Shown: piece after piece, positions 1-12,075 of the stretch | Position numbering within the stretch: position 1 is the first letter of the stretch | Layout: each line of letters starts with the position of its first letter | Assembly: GCF_006345805.1 (NCBI RefSeq) | Contig: NC_043000.1 | Location: 157,914,001 to 157,978,000, forward strand | DNA: 64,000 nt | Source: Octopus sinensis | Lineage: Eukaryota | Direction of reading: 5' to 3' | Position numbers and translations under genes: made by a program | The notes under the pieces: model-generated | What the model was told of the DNA's origin: nothing | Database searches by the model: none | The model's input: the letters and a program-made list of their open reading frames with translations, nothing else

Positions 1-690
1 AAATTCCACTTCTTCCCACTCTACCAATGTTCAGCGAATACCACAGATGAACATAAATGAACACAGAAAATACTTTCATACAAAAATACAAGCCAATACT
101 TAACGATCTCTAACAGTGTACATACGCAAATTATTATTCGCTCACAAAACTAATATTGCTACTTAACATGATGAATCTACACAGCTAACAACCTAAACTT
201 TAGCCAATGGACTACATACAAACGACTCCTGTCCACTCTTCCACCAGACAGGTTAAATTTGTTGGCGCAAAATATACAGTCACGTGGCACTAACACAAGC
301 CTAACGGGAAACATGCAAATTATGTGTTCATTCTCTACCGACACTTGACAAAACATTCAGAGCATTGATTGTTTAGACATATTCAGTCAACTGTGTCTGC
401 CTTAACTTACGGCGCTGAACATTGTCACTTGATACTAACACACGGACGTAGCGGGGAACCTACAAAACTTTCTAAGACCAGTCATGTGACTATTCTCTAC
501 CAATCAGTCCTATTCAAAGCATATACTAATTGGAGCCATGAACCCCCTATAAACATAGGGTAGGCTTCAAACACTAGTAAGAAGCAAGACAGCTGCGAAT
601 TAAGACACGGCTTTCTATTTCAACTTTTTGAAAATCTGTGTAAACTGTGAAACCGGTTAAAGCTTTAAATATATTAATAAAGAATATTCT
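1..690 (+). mobile_element. Penelope-like retroelement 3' end (C-terminus of GIY-YIG ORF plus 3' UTR), degraded
   Basis: Manual translation gives KFHFFPLYQC... (frame 1), then after a frameshift TENTFIQKYKPILNDL* (stop at 111-113). This matches the typical PLE C-terminal 'E..FI.K(F/Y)KP.LN' ending. A degenerate hammerhead motif follows at 624-662. Confidence 0.6.
624..662 (+). ncRNA. Degenerate minimal hammerhead-like motif in PLE 3' UTR
   Basis: cttt-TTGAAAA-tctgtgtaaactgt-GAAA-ccgg-TT-aaag. Stem I cttt/aaag and palindromic stem III are present; the core is mutated from CUGANGA. Confidence 0.35.
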
Positions 691-813
691 AACTACACAC
701 ACACATATACCCCCACCCCCATACCTCCCCATATATATGTATATATATATATATACACATATATACGATATTTTCAGACTGAGATAAAAATCCAAGGCTG
801 TGAAAGAGTTTCC

Positions 814-1141
814 CATTCTGAGATTTTTTTTACATGTACACATGCTGATATATGACCTACGTTGGACTCCTCATTCGCATAATCACCATACCTGGAGCTT
901 AACTATAGTCTGTCCACAGCACTTACTCAGCATTACTTGACACATTTGGGTTTTATTGACACCATTACCTCTCATAACCTCTCTCTCTCTCTCTCTCTCT
1001 CTCTCTATGTATATATATATATAGTATAGTTAAGCTCCAGGTTCGGTGATTATGCGAATGAGGAGCCCAACGTAGGTCATATATATATATGACCTACGTT
1101 GGGCTCCTCATTCGCATAATCACCGAACCTGGAGCTTAACT

Positions 1142-1185
<44 letters not shown>

Positions 1186-1597
1186 AGTTAAGCTCCAGGT
1201 TCGGTGATTATGCGAATGAGGAGCCCAACGTAGGTCATATATCAGCATCTGCATATATGAAAAAAAATAACAGAATGAGATAAAAATCCGAGGCTGTGAA
1301 AGATTTCAGAAAAATTATAAATAGAAGGTCTTACAGCTGTTTCCGGGATATTTTATATAACGCTTCATCGGAGACGGTGTGAGAAAATACTTAAGCAACA
1401 GTTATTCTACATAAGATATGAAATAGAGATTGAAGTGGAGGAATGAGAATAGACGTGAGATATGCAGGGATATTTTATCTTCAGTTCCATTATTTAGGCA
1501 GAATGGTATACATATAAGATTCCTGTACGACCTTCTATTTATAAATTTTCTGAAATCTTTCACAGCCTCGGATTATTTTTATCGCATTCTGTTAATT
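814..1597. repeat. Complex fold-back module: four alternating-orientation copies of a ~57-bp unit plus a ~70-bp inverted repeat, interleaved with (TA)n
   Basis: Unit gtatagttaagctccaggttcggtgattatgcgaatgaggagcccaacgtaggtcat at 1024-1080 (+), 1089-1145 (-), 1182-1238 (+) and diverged at ~851-908 (-). Arms 1268-1336 and 1523-1594 are reverse complements. Confidence 0.9.
1328..1375 (-). ncRNA. Minimal type-I hammerhead-like motif (CCGAUGA core, weakened stem II)
   Basis: Minus strand: gtct-CCGATGA-agcgttatataaaatatcccg-GAAA-cagctg-TA-agac. Stem I gtct/agac, palindromic stem III, GUA cleavage triplet. Confidence 0.6.
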
Positions 1598-1626
1598 TCT
1601 ATATATATATATAACTCATCCTGTTA

Positions 1627-1669
<43 letters not shown>

Positions 1670-3649
1670 ATATATGCATATAGATACATGTATATATATA
1701 TTATATATATATTATACACACACACACACACATATATATATATCATATATATATCATATATATATATATATATATATATATCATATATATGCATGTATGT
1801 TTATATGTATATGACTCACTCGAATATAGCATTGCGTAGAAATGTCTGTACATTTTTTGATTTATCTAATTGTAATATTAAATATAAAAAGAAGCAACAA
1901 CTTGTAAGTTAAGATATAAACAGAGTCGACACACAATAAACACAGAAAAGTACTTAAAATTTGCGGTTATTGCTCCAGTCGGGCGTTCACATTGGTGGTT
2001 AACACCAACTAAAAGACCTGAATAACTATCGATTCATCACATTAACAGAATGATACACATTTTATTTGAAGGATTCATTTTAGTGAATAGATTCCAAGCG
2101 AATTACTTGATATATGTTTTACTGACACTCGGTCAGATGAAAAGAAAAGTCAGTCTCAATGACATTTCAGATCCAGACGTACGAAGATAAAAGCAAATGC
2201 TACAAATATCTATTTCGGTTTTCTAGTAGTTAGGTCTAAAGGTCTCTCATTCTCTTCACCACTGCCCTAATGAGCAGAAATATTGATTGCTATTGTTTTT
2301 TAGCCCTAGGAAAGTCCTGAACAAGGAATCCCATTATCAAAAACCATAAAACAGAATATCATTTTTACAAAATGCGTTATCTAATATGCCCATTCTTTTA
2401 AGGTTATAGAGTATGATTTAATGGGATTCTTGCTGCTATTTTTATGCAATTTCACGGATATATATACGGGCTCCCTTTTTCGATTCCGTAAATATTAATT
2501 TCATACATTTATGGCTGAGAAATCTATTTAACTGAATTGACCAACGTAGAACATATTTGTCCGTCTGTACAATGGAGCAGAACATATTTGTCCGTCTAAA
2601 CAAATGAGAAAATGCGAAGGTCACCTCAAGTGGATTTGAAACGAAAAAGCAACAAGTAAAAACAAAAAATAATAAAATAATAAAATTAAAAAAACACAGT
2701 ACAGAATGGCAAACCACTAACTACTGTAACTAGTAATACTATCATTTCTAGTATTTCAGTGCTATCAACTGAATAAAGCCAAATGTTAGTTTGTTGTAGC
2801 AAGAAAAATATCTAACGTTTCGAGCAATTTCTAAAAGGTTATTAGTATAAAGTATGCAGAAGTTCGTGAGCGAAATTTGAGAAGAAGAAGGAGGAGGAGT
2901 AATTGAAATTTGGCCTGGAGGATGAGAAGATGAATAAGGAGTTAAGAAAGGGAAACGGGGAGAGTTAGAAGTGAAGAAGAGCGTGCATTGAAGAAAGAAC
3001 ACCGAACGGAGGAGTTATTTGGGGCTGTAACCGTATCATTGCTGGTGGTGGCCATGGTGTGGATGATACGTGGGTGGTAGTTAGTAGCACAGAGCAAGAC
3101 AAATTGAAAATGTGAAAATGACTAAATAAACATAAAGTTTCGTAAACATATATCCTCACCTTATGAACATATATATAGTTATAGACATACATATACATTG
3201 ATGCATACATAGATACATACATAAATACATACACACACACACACACAAACATATATATATATATATATATGAAACATATAAACATAGGCCTTTATAAAAG
3301 TATAAACACGTCATTCAGTTTGCATTAACAATCTCCAATGAAACACAAATCTCACAATGCAAACAGAAAGATACAATCTCCAAATCACCTACAAAGTCTA
3401 TAATAAACACAAGCACACAAACAGATTCACTGAAATACACACACGTATTTACATACATATACATACACACACACGCATAATATTATATACCGAAACCCAC
3501 CCTCGTGCACATGCATGCACACACAAACATACACTATCGCACGCTCACCAGAATAATAATAATAATATGTTTCCGCTAAACACACAGCTGTTAATATTAA
3601 ATATAAAGAAATACATATAGACGGGAAGTTTAGTAATAGATATATATAC

Positions 3650-3947
3650 TCACCTGTATCGTTTACCTGATTCAGTCATTAGACTGCAGCCATGCTGGGA
3701 TACCTCATAGGAGGGCCTTGTCGAACAAATCGACCCGAGTACTATTTTTGTAAGGTTTGGTACTTATTTTATCTCTTTATCAAACCTCTAAATATGGAGA
3801 TGTACCCATACCAAGACCGGTCGTCATGCAGTGGTAGGACACACACAAGCACAAAGACACACACACACATGCATACATGTATACATATATATAAGTATAT
3901 ATGTATATATACATATGTATATGTATATGTATATATATATCTATATA

Positions 3948-4023
<76 letters not shown>

Positions 4024-4170
4024 TATATACGTCAAGCTTCTTTCAGTTTCTGTCTGCGAAATCCACTTACACAGCTTTGATATGTCCAGAGCTATAGTAG
4101 AAGACCCTTGCCAATGCTGTTACTGAAATTAGAACCAAGTGCTTGGAAAACAAAGCTTTGACCTCACAGC
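3650..4170 (-). mobile_element. Degraded SINE family A copy with expanded internal (TA)n
   Basis: Similar to family A: cagtcattagactgcagccatgctgg tail, tcgacccgagtact, cttctttcagtttctgtct...gctatagtagaagac. Confidence 0.6.
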
Positions 4171-4582
4171 CAGATCTACAACCATGTATAATTGCCTCCT
4201 CGGTGGGTAAGCCGACACACGGTATCCCGCAAGAAAAGGATACTTACCACAAAGATACCTTACCCTATAAAAATTCTTGCAAAAAATAAGTTAATACATA
4301 AATAAATAAATAAGAAAAAAGGAAAAATAGACACGCAGGTAATTAAGAAGGATCTATGGAATTTAAATTTGCAGTTAGAAAGCTTCAGGCGACCATGAAC
4401 ACATCGGCATAAAGACTTACATTTTGAATGGAACTTTCTGCCTATGATATTCTTTATTTTATCGAAAACAGAACAATGAAAGGCAAAACATTTTTCTACG
4501 GTCTTTAAACTTACAATGTGGACAAGGACGAAGTTTCACGTTCGTAACCAATCCACCCCATTATCCCATGTACATTCATATA

Positions 4583-4847
4583 TGTTTCTTTATTACCCAC
4601 AAGGGGCTAAACATAGAGGGGACAAACAAGGACAGACAAACGAATTAAGTCGATTACATCGACTCCAGTGCGTAACTGGTACTTAATTTATCTACCCCAG
4701 TGCGTAACTGGTACTTAGTTTATCGACCCCGAAAGGATGAAAGGCAAAGTTGACCTCGACGGAATTTGAACTCAGAACGTAACGGCAGACGAAATACGGC
4801 TCGCATTTCGCCCGGCGTGCTAACGATTCTGCCAGCTCACCGCCTTG
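4583..4847 (-). mobile_element. SINE family B (tRNA-derived), full length with 14-bp TSD
   Basis: Head ggcggtgagctggcagaatcgttagc with B-box-like gagttcaaattcc; central gcctttcatcctttcggggtcgataaa..agtaccag. TSD tgtacattcatata at 4569-4582 and 4848-4861. Internal 32-bp tandem duplication at ~4665-4730. Confidence 0.9.
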
Positions 4848-5758
4848 TGTACATTCATATAGCACTCTGATTCAGGAGCAGGTAACTTAGTTGTATATAA
4901 ACAAATGAATAGTACACGTCGATAGAAAGAGATCCACCATATGCAGTATGAGTGTGTGTGCATGTACCTGTGTGTGCACGTGTGGGTGTTATTAGAGAGT
5001 ACGACTTGATTAGAGAAGTAATGTATTTTTGTATTTTTCGAATCTATAGAGAAGGCAAATGAGACCAACAAACACATGTTGTATTCAGGAAGCCTATAAT
5101 GAGTAAACTACGAATTATAAAATATATATGAAAAAGGAACTACAAAAGAAATCATTCTATACGCTTACGTGTATAGCATAATAGATTTTTGCAGGTATTT
5201 TAAAGCATATTACTGGTAAAAAATATATTCATAATATGTATATATCTGAAAAAATACGAAGGTGAGATTCCCTATACTTTTCATCTTTTGGAAATTTGCT
5301 GGGTCACGTAATTATTCAGCACATGAAACCGAAAGCATGTAAGTGGGTCATTGAACATAGCATTTAGTTATCGTTCCATGTGTCTTTGGCGGCAAAAATG
5401 CTTCTTAAATGCTCGCCTCAGATTTGACGCGTGAAAGTAAATAAAACACAATCTGGCGTATCGTTCGAATGTTAACAGAAAGCAGTTATTAATTTTCTGG
5501 TCATACTTCTCAGCTTTAAAGTTTTCGCTTTTTCTTTTTTTGTTTGGAACACGTAGAGCGTTGTAACCTACCCTTGATAAATGTCAATCTTGAATGGAAT
5601 AAAAGAAAAACAGAAAACAAACTCAAATAAAAAAAACGAAAAGCAAATAAAAAACAAACAAGAAAATAAGAAATAGAGCAATGCTGAACATATACAAAGA
5701 ATACGGCAATAAGATATAAGAATGAGTGATGTTACGTAATTTATGATATATATATATA

Positions 5759-6155
5759 CTAGCAGTATCGCCCGGCGTTGCTCGGGTTTGTAAGGGAAAT
5801 AACTATATAAGCATTTTTAGAGAGTTATAGCCAAAAAATAGCAAAAAAATGCATTAAAAATGGAAAAAAAAATGATGGTAATTTTTTTTTTAAATCGTTG
5901 ACTCATCGTAAACATTTTTAGAGAGTTACTTCCCTTATATAATAGCGAACAATGCATTAAAATGGAAAAGAATAATGGTAAATTATTTTTAAAATCGTAG
6001 ACTCATCGTAGACGCGCGCTAATACCCAGAAGGGCTCGATATGAATCACGACTATAAGATACCCGGTTTTCGTTAAGCTGCACCGCAAAATGTGGGAGTA
6101 GTTAGGAATCTAAATCGTAGGAGACAGACACACAACTTGACTTTTATATATAAAG

Positions 6156-6156
<1 letters not shown>
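5759..6156 (-). mobile_element. Non-autonomous Helitron (398 bp)
   Basis: Minus strand starts TCtttatatataaaag and ends ...CTAG, with subterminal GC hairpin cccgagcaacgccggg (5771-5786). Inserted between A and T within (TA)n. Internal ~100-bp subrepeat. Confidence 0.85.
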
Positions 6157-6204
<48 letters not shown>

Positions 6205-6234
6205 ATTATATATATTATATATATATATATATTT

Positions 6235-7261
6235 GTGCCGAGTTTCCCACAATCACTGACATAAGAAAACCAAGCTGGAGTTCAGCAGGTTATAATTGCA
6301 GCACGACCAGTCGTTGTTCCAGGGCACAATGTCAAAATTTCCTCAAACAACTATGGAAGATTCTCTAAATGATCTAGCAGAGAGGAAGTGTTGCCAACTA
6401 GTGGAGGTATACGGAGAGGCTTTGGATCATTAACAAAGAGAATATGAAGGGGCACAATCAGTTCAGAAAAACTCCACCACAAAACATTACAGGAAAGATA
6501 TATTTCAGTATTCTATTCCGTCGGCAAACAACGTTCCACCCTTTGTACATTGGTACAGAAAGGTGGAGAACCAGGATGATTAGAACATAGAGTTATGCGG
6601 TTCTTGAGAGAAGTGAGGGAAGGTAAAGAAAATCTGGTAGTTCTGTGATTTGGACCTCATATCAGTCTATGGCACAAAAACTAGTAGAGGAGGCCCTTAA
6701 TGATACCGTGCCCCCAGAAAGAGCAACGATCTCATTCTGAATTATTGTTGCAGTCAGATGAGAGTTACAGCAGGGTTCACAGGATCAGATTGGCATAAAT
6801 CTTAAAAAGTTACTATAACTCAGCGCAACATTATGGTAATCAAGTCAGCAGAAGTCAAGCTTCAATGGCCTCAGACACAATCCTGTATGCAAAAGCAACC
6901 AATAAGAGCCTGCATAGATGACCTGACTGTAACAATATCAACAACTACTGATGGTACGTGAATCCTTCAAACACTCGAGAACCTCATCTTAAGATCAAGA
7001 TTGGATTTAAAAGCATCAACTTTGGAGATTGCTTGGTACCCGAAGAAAAAGAAGTGATGGATAACTTTCGCTTTTTGTGGAAAGAGGCTTCTCTTACTAG
7101 CAGCCTAAACAATAAGAAATAATATGAAATAGAGAAACTTCAAGAATATCCAAGTAGCAGGAGCTGGCATTAATACGTACACGGTAAAAAGGTAGAGTTT
7201 TACCAGAGGATTGAAGGAGGTAGAGGAATGATTCAAGCAAAAGAATATGTTGGGACTGTGG

Positions 7262-7263
<2 letters not shown>
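6235..7263 (+). mobile_element. Hero-clade-like non-LTR retrotransposon RT fragment, pseudogenised with internal deletions
   Basis: Manual translation of segments: LREVREGKENLVVL*..., KLVEEAL, MVIKSAEVKLQWPQTQSCMQKQPIRACIDDLTVT...ILQTLENLI. These resemble the Hero motifs LVKSAEVECRGP..QPPIRAFMDDLTV. Flanked by (TA)n on both sides. Confidence 0.7.
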
Positions 7264-7305
<42 letters not shown>

Positions 7306-7307
7306 GC

Positions 7308-7354
<47 letters not shown>

Positions 7355-7369
7355 GTATTTTATATACAT

Positions 7370-7403
<34 letters not shown>

Positions 7404-7408
7404 GTATG

Positions 7409-7457
<49 letters not shown>

Positions 7458-7496
7458 ATATATATATATATATATATAGATATATATATATATAAT

Positions 7497-7527
<31 letters not shown>

Positions 7528-8331
7528 ATTATATTGTGTGTGTGCGTGTGTGTGTGTGCGTGTGTGTGTGTGTGTGTGTGTCTAAATAGGCATTAGAACA
7601 TTAGTTGATATTTGTATACATAGACATTAGTACATTAGTTGAATTTTGTATACACTTGCAACACATTCCTTTACGTAAAGCAGCTGCCCTACTGCCAAAA
7701 TTATGAACGCAAATTTGTTTTAGTTTCCGATCCATAGCATATGACTATTTAAATGTTTTACGGAAGCATATCAACTGCTTTGCACCAGATTCATCTTGAC
7801 AAATGTTAGGCAATCTGCAAGTCTACAAATCTGCAAACATTTTGAAGACAATTCTTCGAAGCTGATAGGTTTATTCAAGACAATACCTAACTGCTTGACC
7901 TCGTGTTAGAAAATGAATATAAAAATAAAATACGAATAACATTTATTAATAACAAACATGTTAAGCAATCGGGTCAGGGTTAGAGAGAGATTGAAAAGTA
8001 GACCATTGTTACCTTTCCTCCCCACTCCCTGTAGTACACACACACACACATGCACAAACAGACAGCCACATCCCCACGCACGTACACACAATATACCTTT
8101 ATGTGTAGACATATCTGCATCTGTTGACTGTCTCTGATGAACTGTTTGTAAAAAGCGTGATTATAGTAAACCTAGCATTGCTGTGCTCACTGAAAATAAA
8201 GCATAATTACTATATGTATGTATGTATGCATGTATGTAGGTATGTATGGATGCATGTAAATATCTATCCATCTGCGTGTGTAAGTGTGTGTGCGTGCGTG
8301 CGCATTCACACTCACACACACGTGTGTGTGC

Positions 8332-8366
<35 letters not shown>

Positions 8367-8425
8367 TTTATATATTTGTTTTGCAAGATTCTTGATGTGA
8401 AATCGTGTATTGAAACAGATATTGT

Positions 8426-8641
8426 TGTATTTGGGGATGGTCATGTTGCCAATTTAGCCAATAAAAACATACGCACTATATAGTTGGTGTTAATTTGCTT
8501 CAGCCTTTATCTTTTACATTAATTGTATTTCGGCCAAAATACGATTAATGTAAAAGATAAAGGCTGAACCAAATTAACACCAAATATATAGTGCGTGTGT
8601 TTTTATTGGCTAAATTGGCAACATGACCATCCCCAAATACA
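8426..8641. repeat. Near-perfect 216-bp palindrome (fold-back)
   Basis: tgtatttggggatggtcatgttgccaatttagccaataaaaac... mirrored around a ggcc centre at 8532-8535, with only a handful of mismatches. Confidence 0.95.
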
Positions 8642-8741
8642 TAAACAGGTGAGCACATACGTGCAATGCAAGGTGTAAAAAATAGTACTCGAATACAAAC
8701 GGTAGAATAATACCTTTTATTAAACTGCAAAATTATCACAG

Positions 8742-8854
8742 AACTGTCACTCAGACTTTCACATTCTTGTCCGTCGGACAGTTGTAATGAATTTTAATCC
8801 AGTATTTATCACAACTGTCCAGGGAACGGGAAAGTGAGAGTCTGAGAAACAGTT
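8742..8854. ncRNA. Inverted pair of degenerate hammerhead motifs (same family as 51814-51858)
   Basis: Minus 8742-8783: aactgt-CCGACGG-acaagaatgt-GAAA-gtctgag-TG-acagtt. Plus 8813-8854: aactgt-CCAGGGA-acgggaaagt-GAGA-gtctgag-AA-acagtt. The 8709-8783 flank is homologous to 51781-51858. Confidence 0.6.
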
Positions 8855-11579
8855 CAATGATAGTTTTGCAGCCCGTCCAAGGTAGTTTTGCAGCTGGCCC
8901 ATGGTAATTCCCTTTAAAGAATTGCTTGAAAACACAGTATATCTAAACTCTAGATGGAAGTAAACGGATGTGACCAATACGGTTATTTCGCGATCATTCC
9001 TATTCTACGATCTCATCCGCCACCGGACCAACATGTAAATACCTTTTACGGTATCTTGCATTCATACCTCTTATTGTACACTCATAACGCATTTATGCAT
9101 TTATAGTCATACCTGAATTGGTCGATGCATGTGTTTACAAACGTGGAAAAGTACCCAATTCATGAAAATTCAGAAATGATTTCTATAGAATTTGAGGTAT
9201 CTTAAATCCTGTTTGGGAAATCTAACAATTTAGCTAGTTCTCTTTTGAAAATTTCTCGAAAAATACTGATCGAAATAACTACAAAAATTCACCATTTCCA
9301 ATCTTAGAAAATGAACAGTATATTGAAATTCTTCACTTAAATATTCTAGCAGTATTCATGTAGAGGATGTAATGGACAAATCGATTATACATATTTTTGA
9401 TGTTATCCTTTAGTCTATAAATAAATCCGGAGTGTGGGGAAATGCAGTAACTTTCTCACACTCTGAATATATTTATATATTATGAGAAATAATTTTGAGT
9501 GCTTTTGAAAAAGACCTACATAAGTTATTTTTACGCTGTTTTAGCGCTGTTAACTTGGCTCAAACATAGCAAAGCATTAAATCATAGTGATAAATGTTTA
9601 GCTATTACGTTTGTAGCAATTATACAGAGAACTGTTTTGCGAATTCGTAGTAGTAAGATTCTCCTACTTTCTTCCCATGGAAGCAGCGAAGTTCTAGATA
9701 CAGCTGTAGTTCACTTTAACGTTATTTCCGTTAAAGGGTTTCTGATACGATGATATGTATAGTTTACTGGGAATATATTTATCATAGGTTTCAGGGATGT
9801 AGATACAGGTAACAGTGGGACGAACATTTAGGCTTCTTTTCTCGGTTTTGAATTTATTGATACTATTGTTCTGCTTTTTTTGTTTTTTACAGTATTCCAA
9901 CTTTAAAATTAGTCCTCTCATGTTTTAATGTAACAAAGACAGACATAGATATATAATCGATATGTGCTTGCCATTTTTATTAAAAGCCCTTTTTAGATTA
10001 CTGAGGAATACTAGGAAACATATTAATATACTGTAATTTCTCATAAGGTCTGAATAAGTGGAGCATTTACTAGGACCTTAACCTGACCATAATTTACTTC
10101 GAAATAACGATTTCTTGAATAAACGGCAAAATTGTTCAAATCTAATATGCGTTACCATAGATAATTAGTGAGGACTTTCCAACTACTATCTATCTATGTA
10201 ATGCTCTATAATAGATTCGTTATTCGCAAGAACAACATAAACCTCGGGAAAAAACAAGCAAACGTTCTTAAATCCATAAGCAATAAAGCTTCACGAACAA
10301 TAGCCGTCATTAGTGATTGTGTATGATAAATATTCAATACAAATGAAGTGAAATAAATTTCGGTTGTGTTGTGAATAAAATAGATTATATGCTGATGAAG
10401 ACATGGCAATATGAAGTAATTTTATTTGAGATTAGCGGAATATGTGGTATATTTTCTTGGGATTTTTCGGTAAACCAATCAAATCGCGATCACTAACAAT
10501 TCGATGTGTTTGTGAATATTATTGCTTAAATATACACGTAATACTTCCCTAGTTTAACCGGTTGTCTATTCGTCAACATGAAACTCAGTTACAATTTAAG
10601 AAGCTACAACTTTTAATCACACACGCACATATACGCATACACACACACGCATACACGACACAACTATATTTATAGATGTGTATCTATAGATGTTTATGTT
10701 TCAATATGTGTGTGTGTGTCTATGTCTACCTCTGTGCATATATATGTACAATATATGTTAGTGCATATCAATATATGCGAATGCTGTTATCCATCAGCTT
10801 CATCAGCTTCCATTCCACTCATCCTATTGTTCTTCATAAAAAAAACGAATGCTTGAATATAGATTGGTTTATGGATATTTCTGCTGATATGCATAAAGGG
10901 CGATATCCTAAATTAAATCACAGACAGGACAGAGAAAGCTTACACACATGTATGTGTGTCTGTGTGTTTGTGTGCATATGTGTTTTCTGTAAGTATGTCA
11001 GCGTGTTAATGTGCATCATCATCATCATCATCATCTTAATTTCGAGACTGGTAATGCACATAATCATTACACAGAGGTTTTCGCATATGTTTAGTCACGA
11101 TATAATACAAGGACACACGCACACTCGCACACGGACACACACGCGCACACGCACACACACGCGCACACGCACACACACACAAACACACAATACACACACA
11201 CAAAATACACACACACACATACACACACACTAACGTTTTCCTGAGATTATTCCAGGGTTGAAAGCAAAACGCGTATTTTAAAGCCAAGTGCACGGGTAGA
11301 CAGAACTGACATTTAGAACTGAATGACTTTTGCTTCTCTTTGAATGCCACTAGGTATATGTAGCACTATAATTGCATTTTACACACACACACACACACAC
11401 ACAAACACACACATTTACACACACACACACGCATGTACGTATCTGCGTACTTGTATGTATATAGCATTGGTCACTATACGAGAGAATGTATCTCCCATTG
11501 ATGAAATTTATAGAAAAAGCTAAGACGCCTATGCTTTCAACCTAACCCTTATTTATCTCCAAGATCATCATTTAAAATA

Positions 11580-11634
<55 letters not shown>

Positions 11635-11636
<2 letters not shown>

Positions 11637-12075
11637 GCGGCGAGCTGGCCGAATCATCAGCATGCTGGACAAAATGCTTAGCGCATTTCGTCCGTCTTTA
11701 CGATCTGAGTTCAAATTTCACCGAGGTCAAGTCTGCGTTTCATCCTTTAGGAGACAATAAAATAAGTACCAGTTAAGCACTGGGGTCAACTTTCCGCACG
11801 AAAATGCTGGCCTCGTGCCAAAATTTGATACCGTTTTAATTATCATTAATTATTCTTATTCCGTGACGAGCTGGCAAGACCGTTAGCACACCGCACAAAA
11901 TACTGAGCGACATTTTGTCCGTTTTTATGTTCGAAGCTGAAATGTCCCAGAGAACCATTTGCCGTTCATCATTTCGGGGTCGATAAAATAGAGCACTAGT
12001 CAAGTATTAGGCTTGATGTAATTGGCTTGCTCCCTCCTCTAAAATTGCAATCCTTATGTCTATAATAAGAATTAT
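11635..12075 (+). mobile_element. Two tandem older SINE family B copies
   Basis: gcggcgagctggccgaatcatcagc...gagttcaaatttcaccgaggtc...aagtaccag (11635-11830) and gacgagctggcaagaccgttagcac...tcatcatttcggggtcgataaaa (11865-12075). Confidence 0.75.

Noticed and set aside
851-1242. Repeated ~57-bp units as a CRISPR-like array
   Set aside because: Alternating orientation, microsatellite spacers, eukaryotic context, no cas genes.
2548-2597. 19-bp direct repeat with 31-bp period (similar case at 16964-17025)
   Set aside because: Two copies only; ordinary local slippage duplication.
8129-8180. CTGATGA as a hammerhead core
   Set aside because: No GAAA and no convincing stems I or III downstream.
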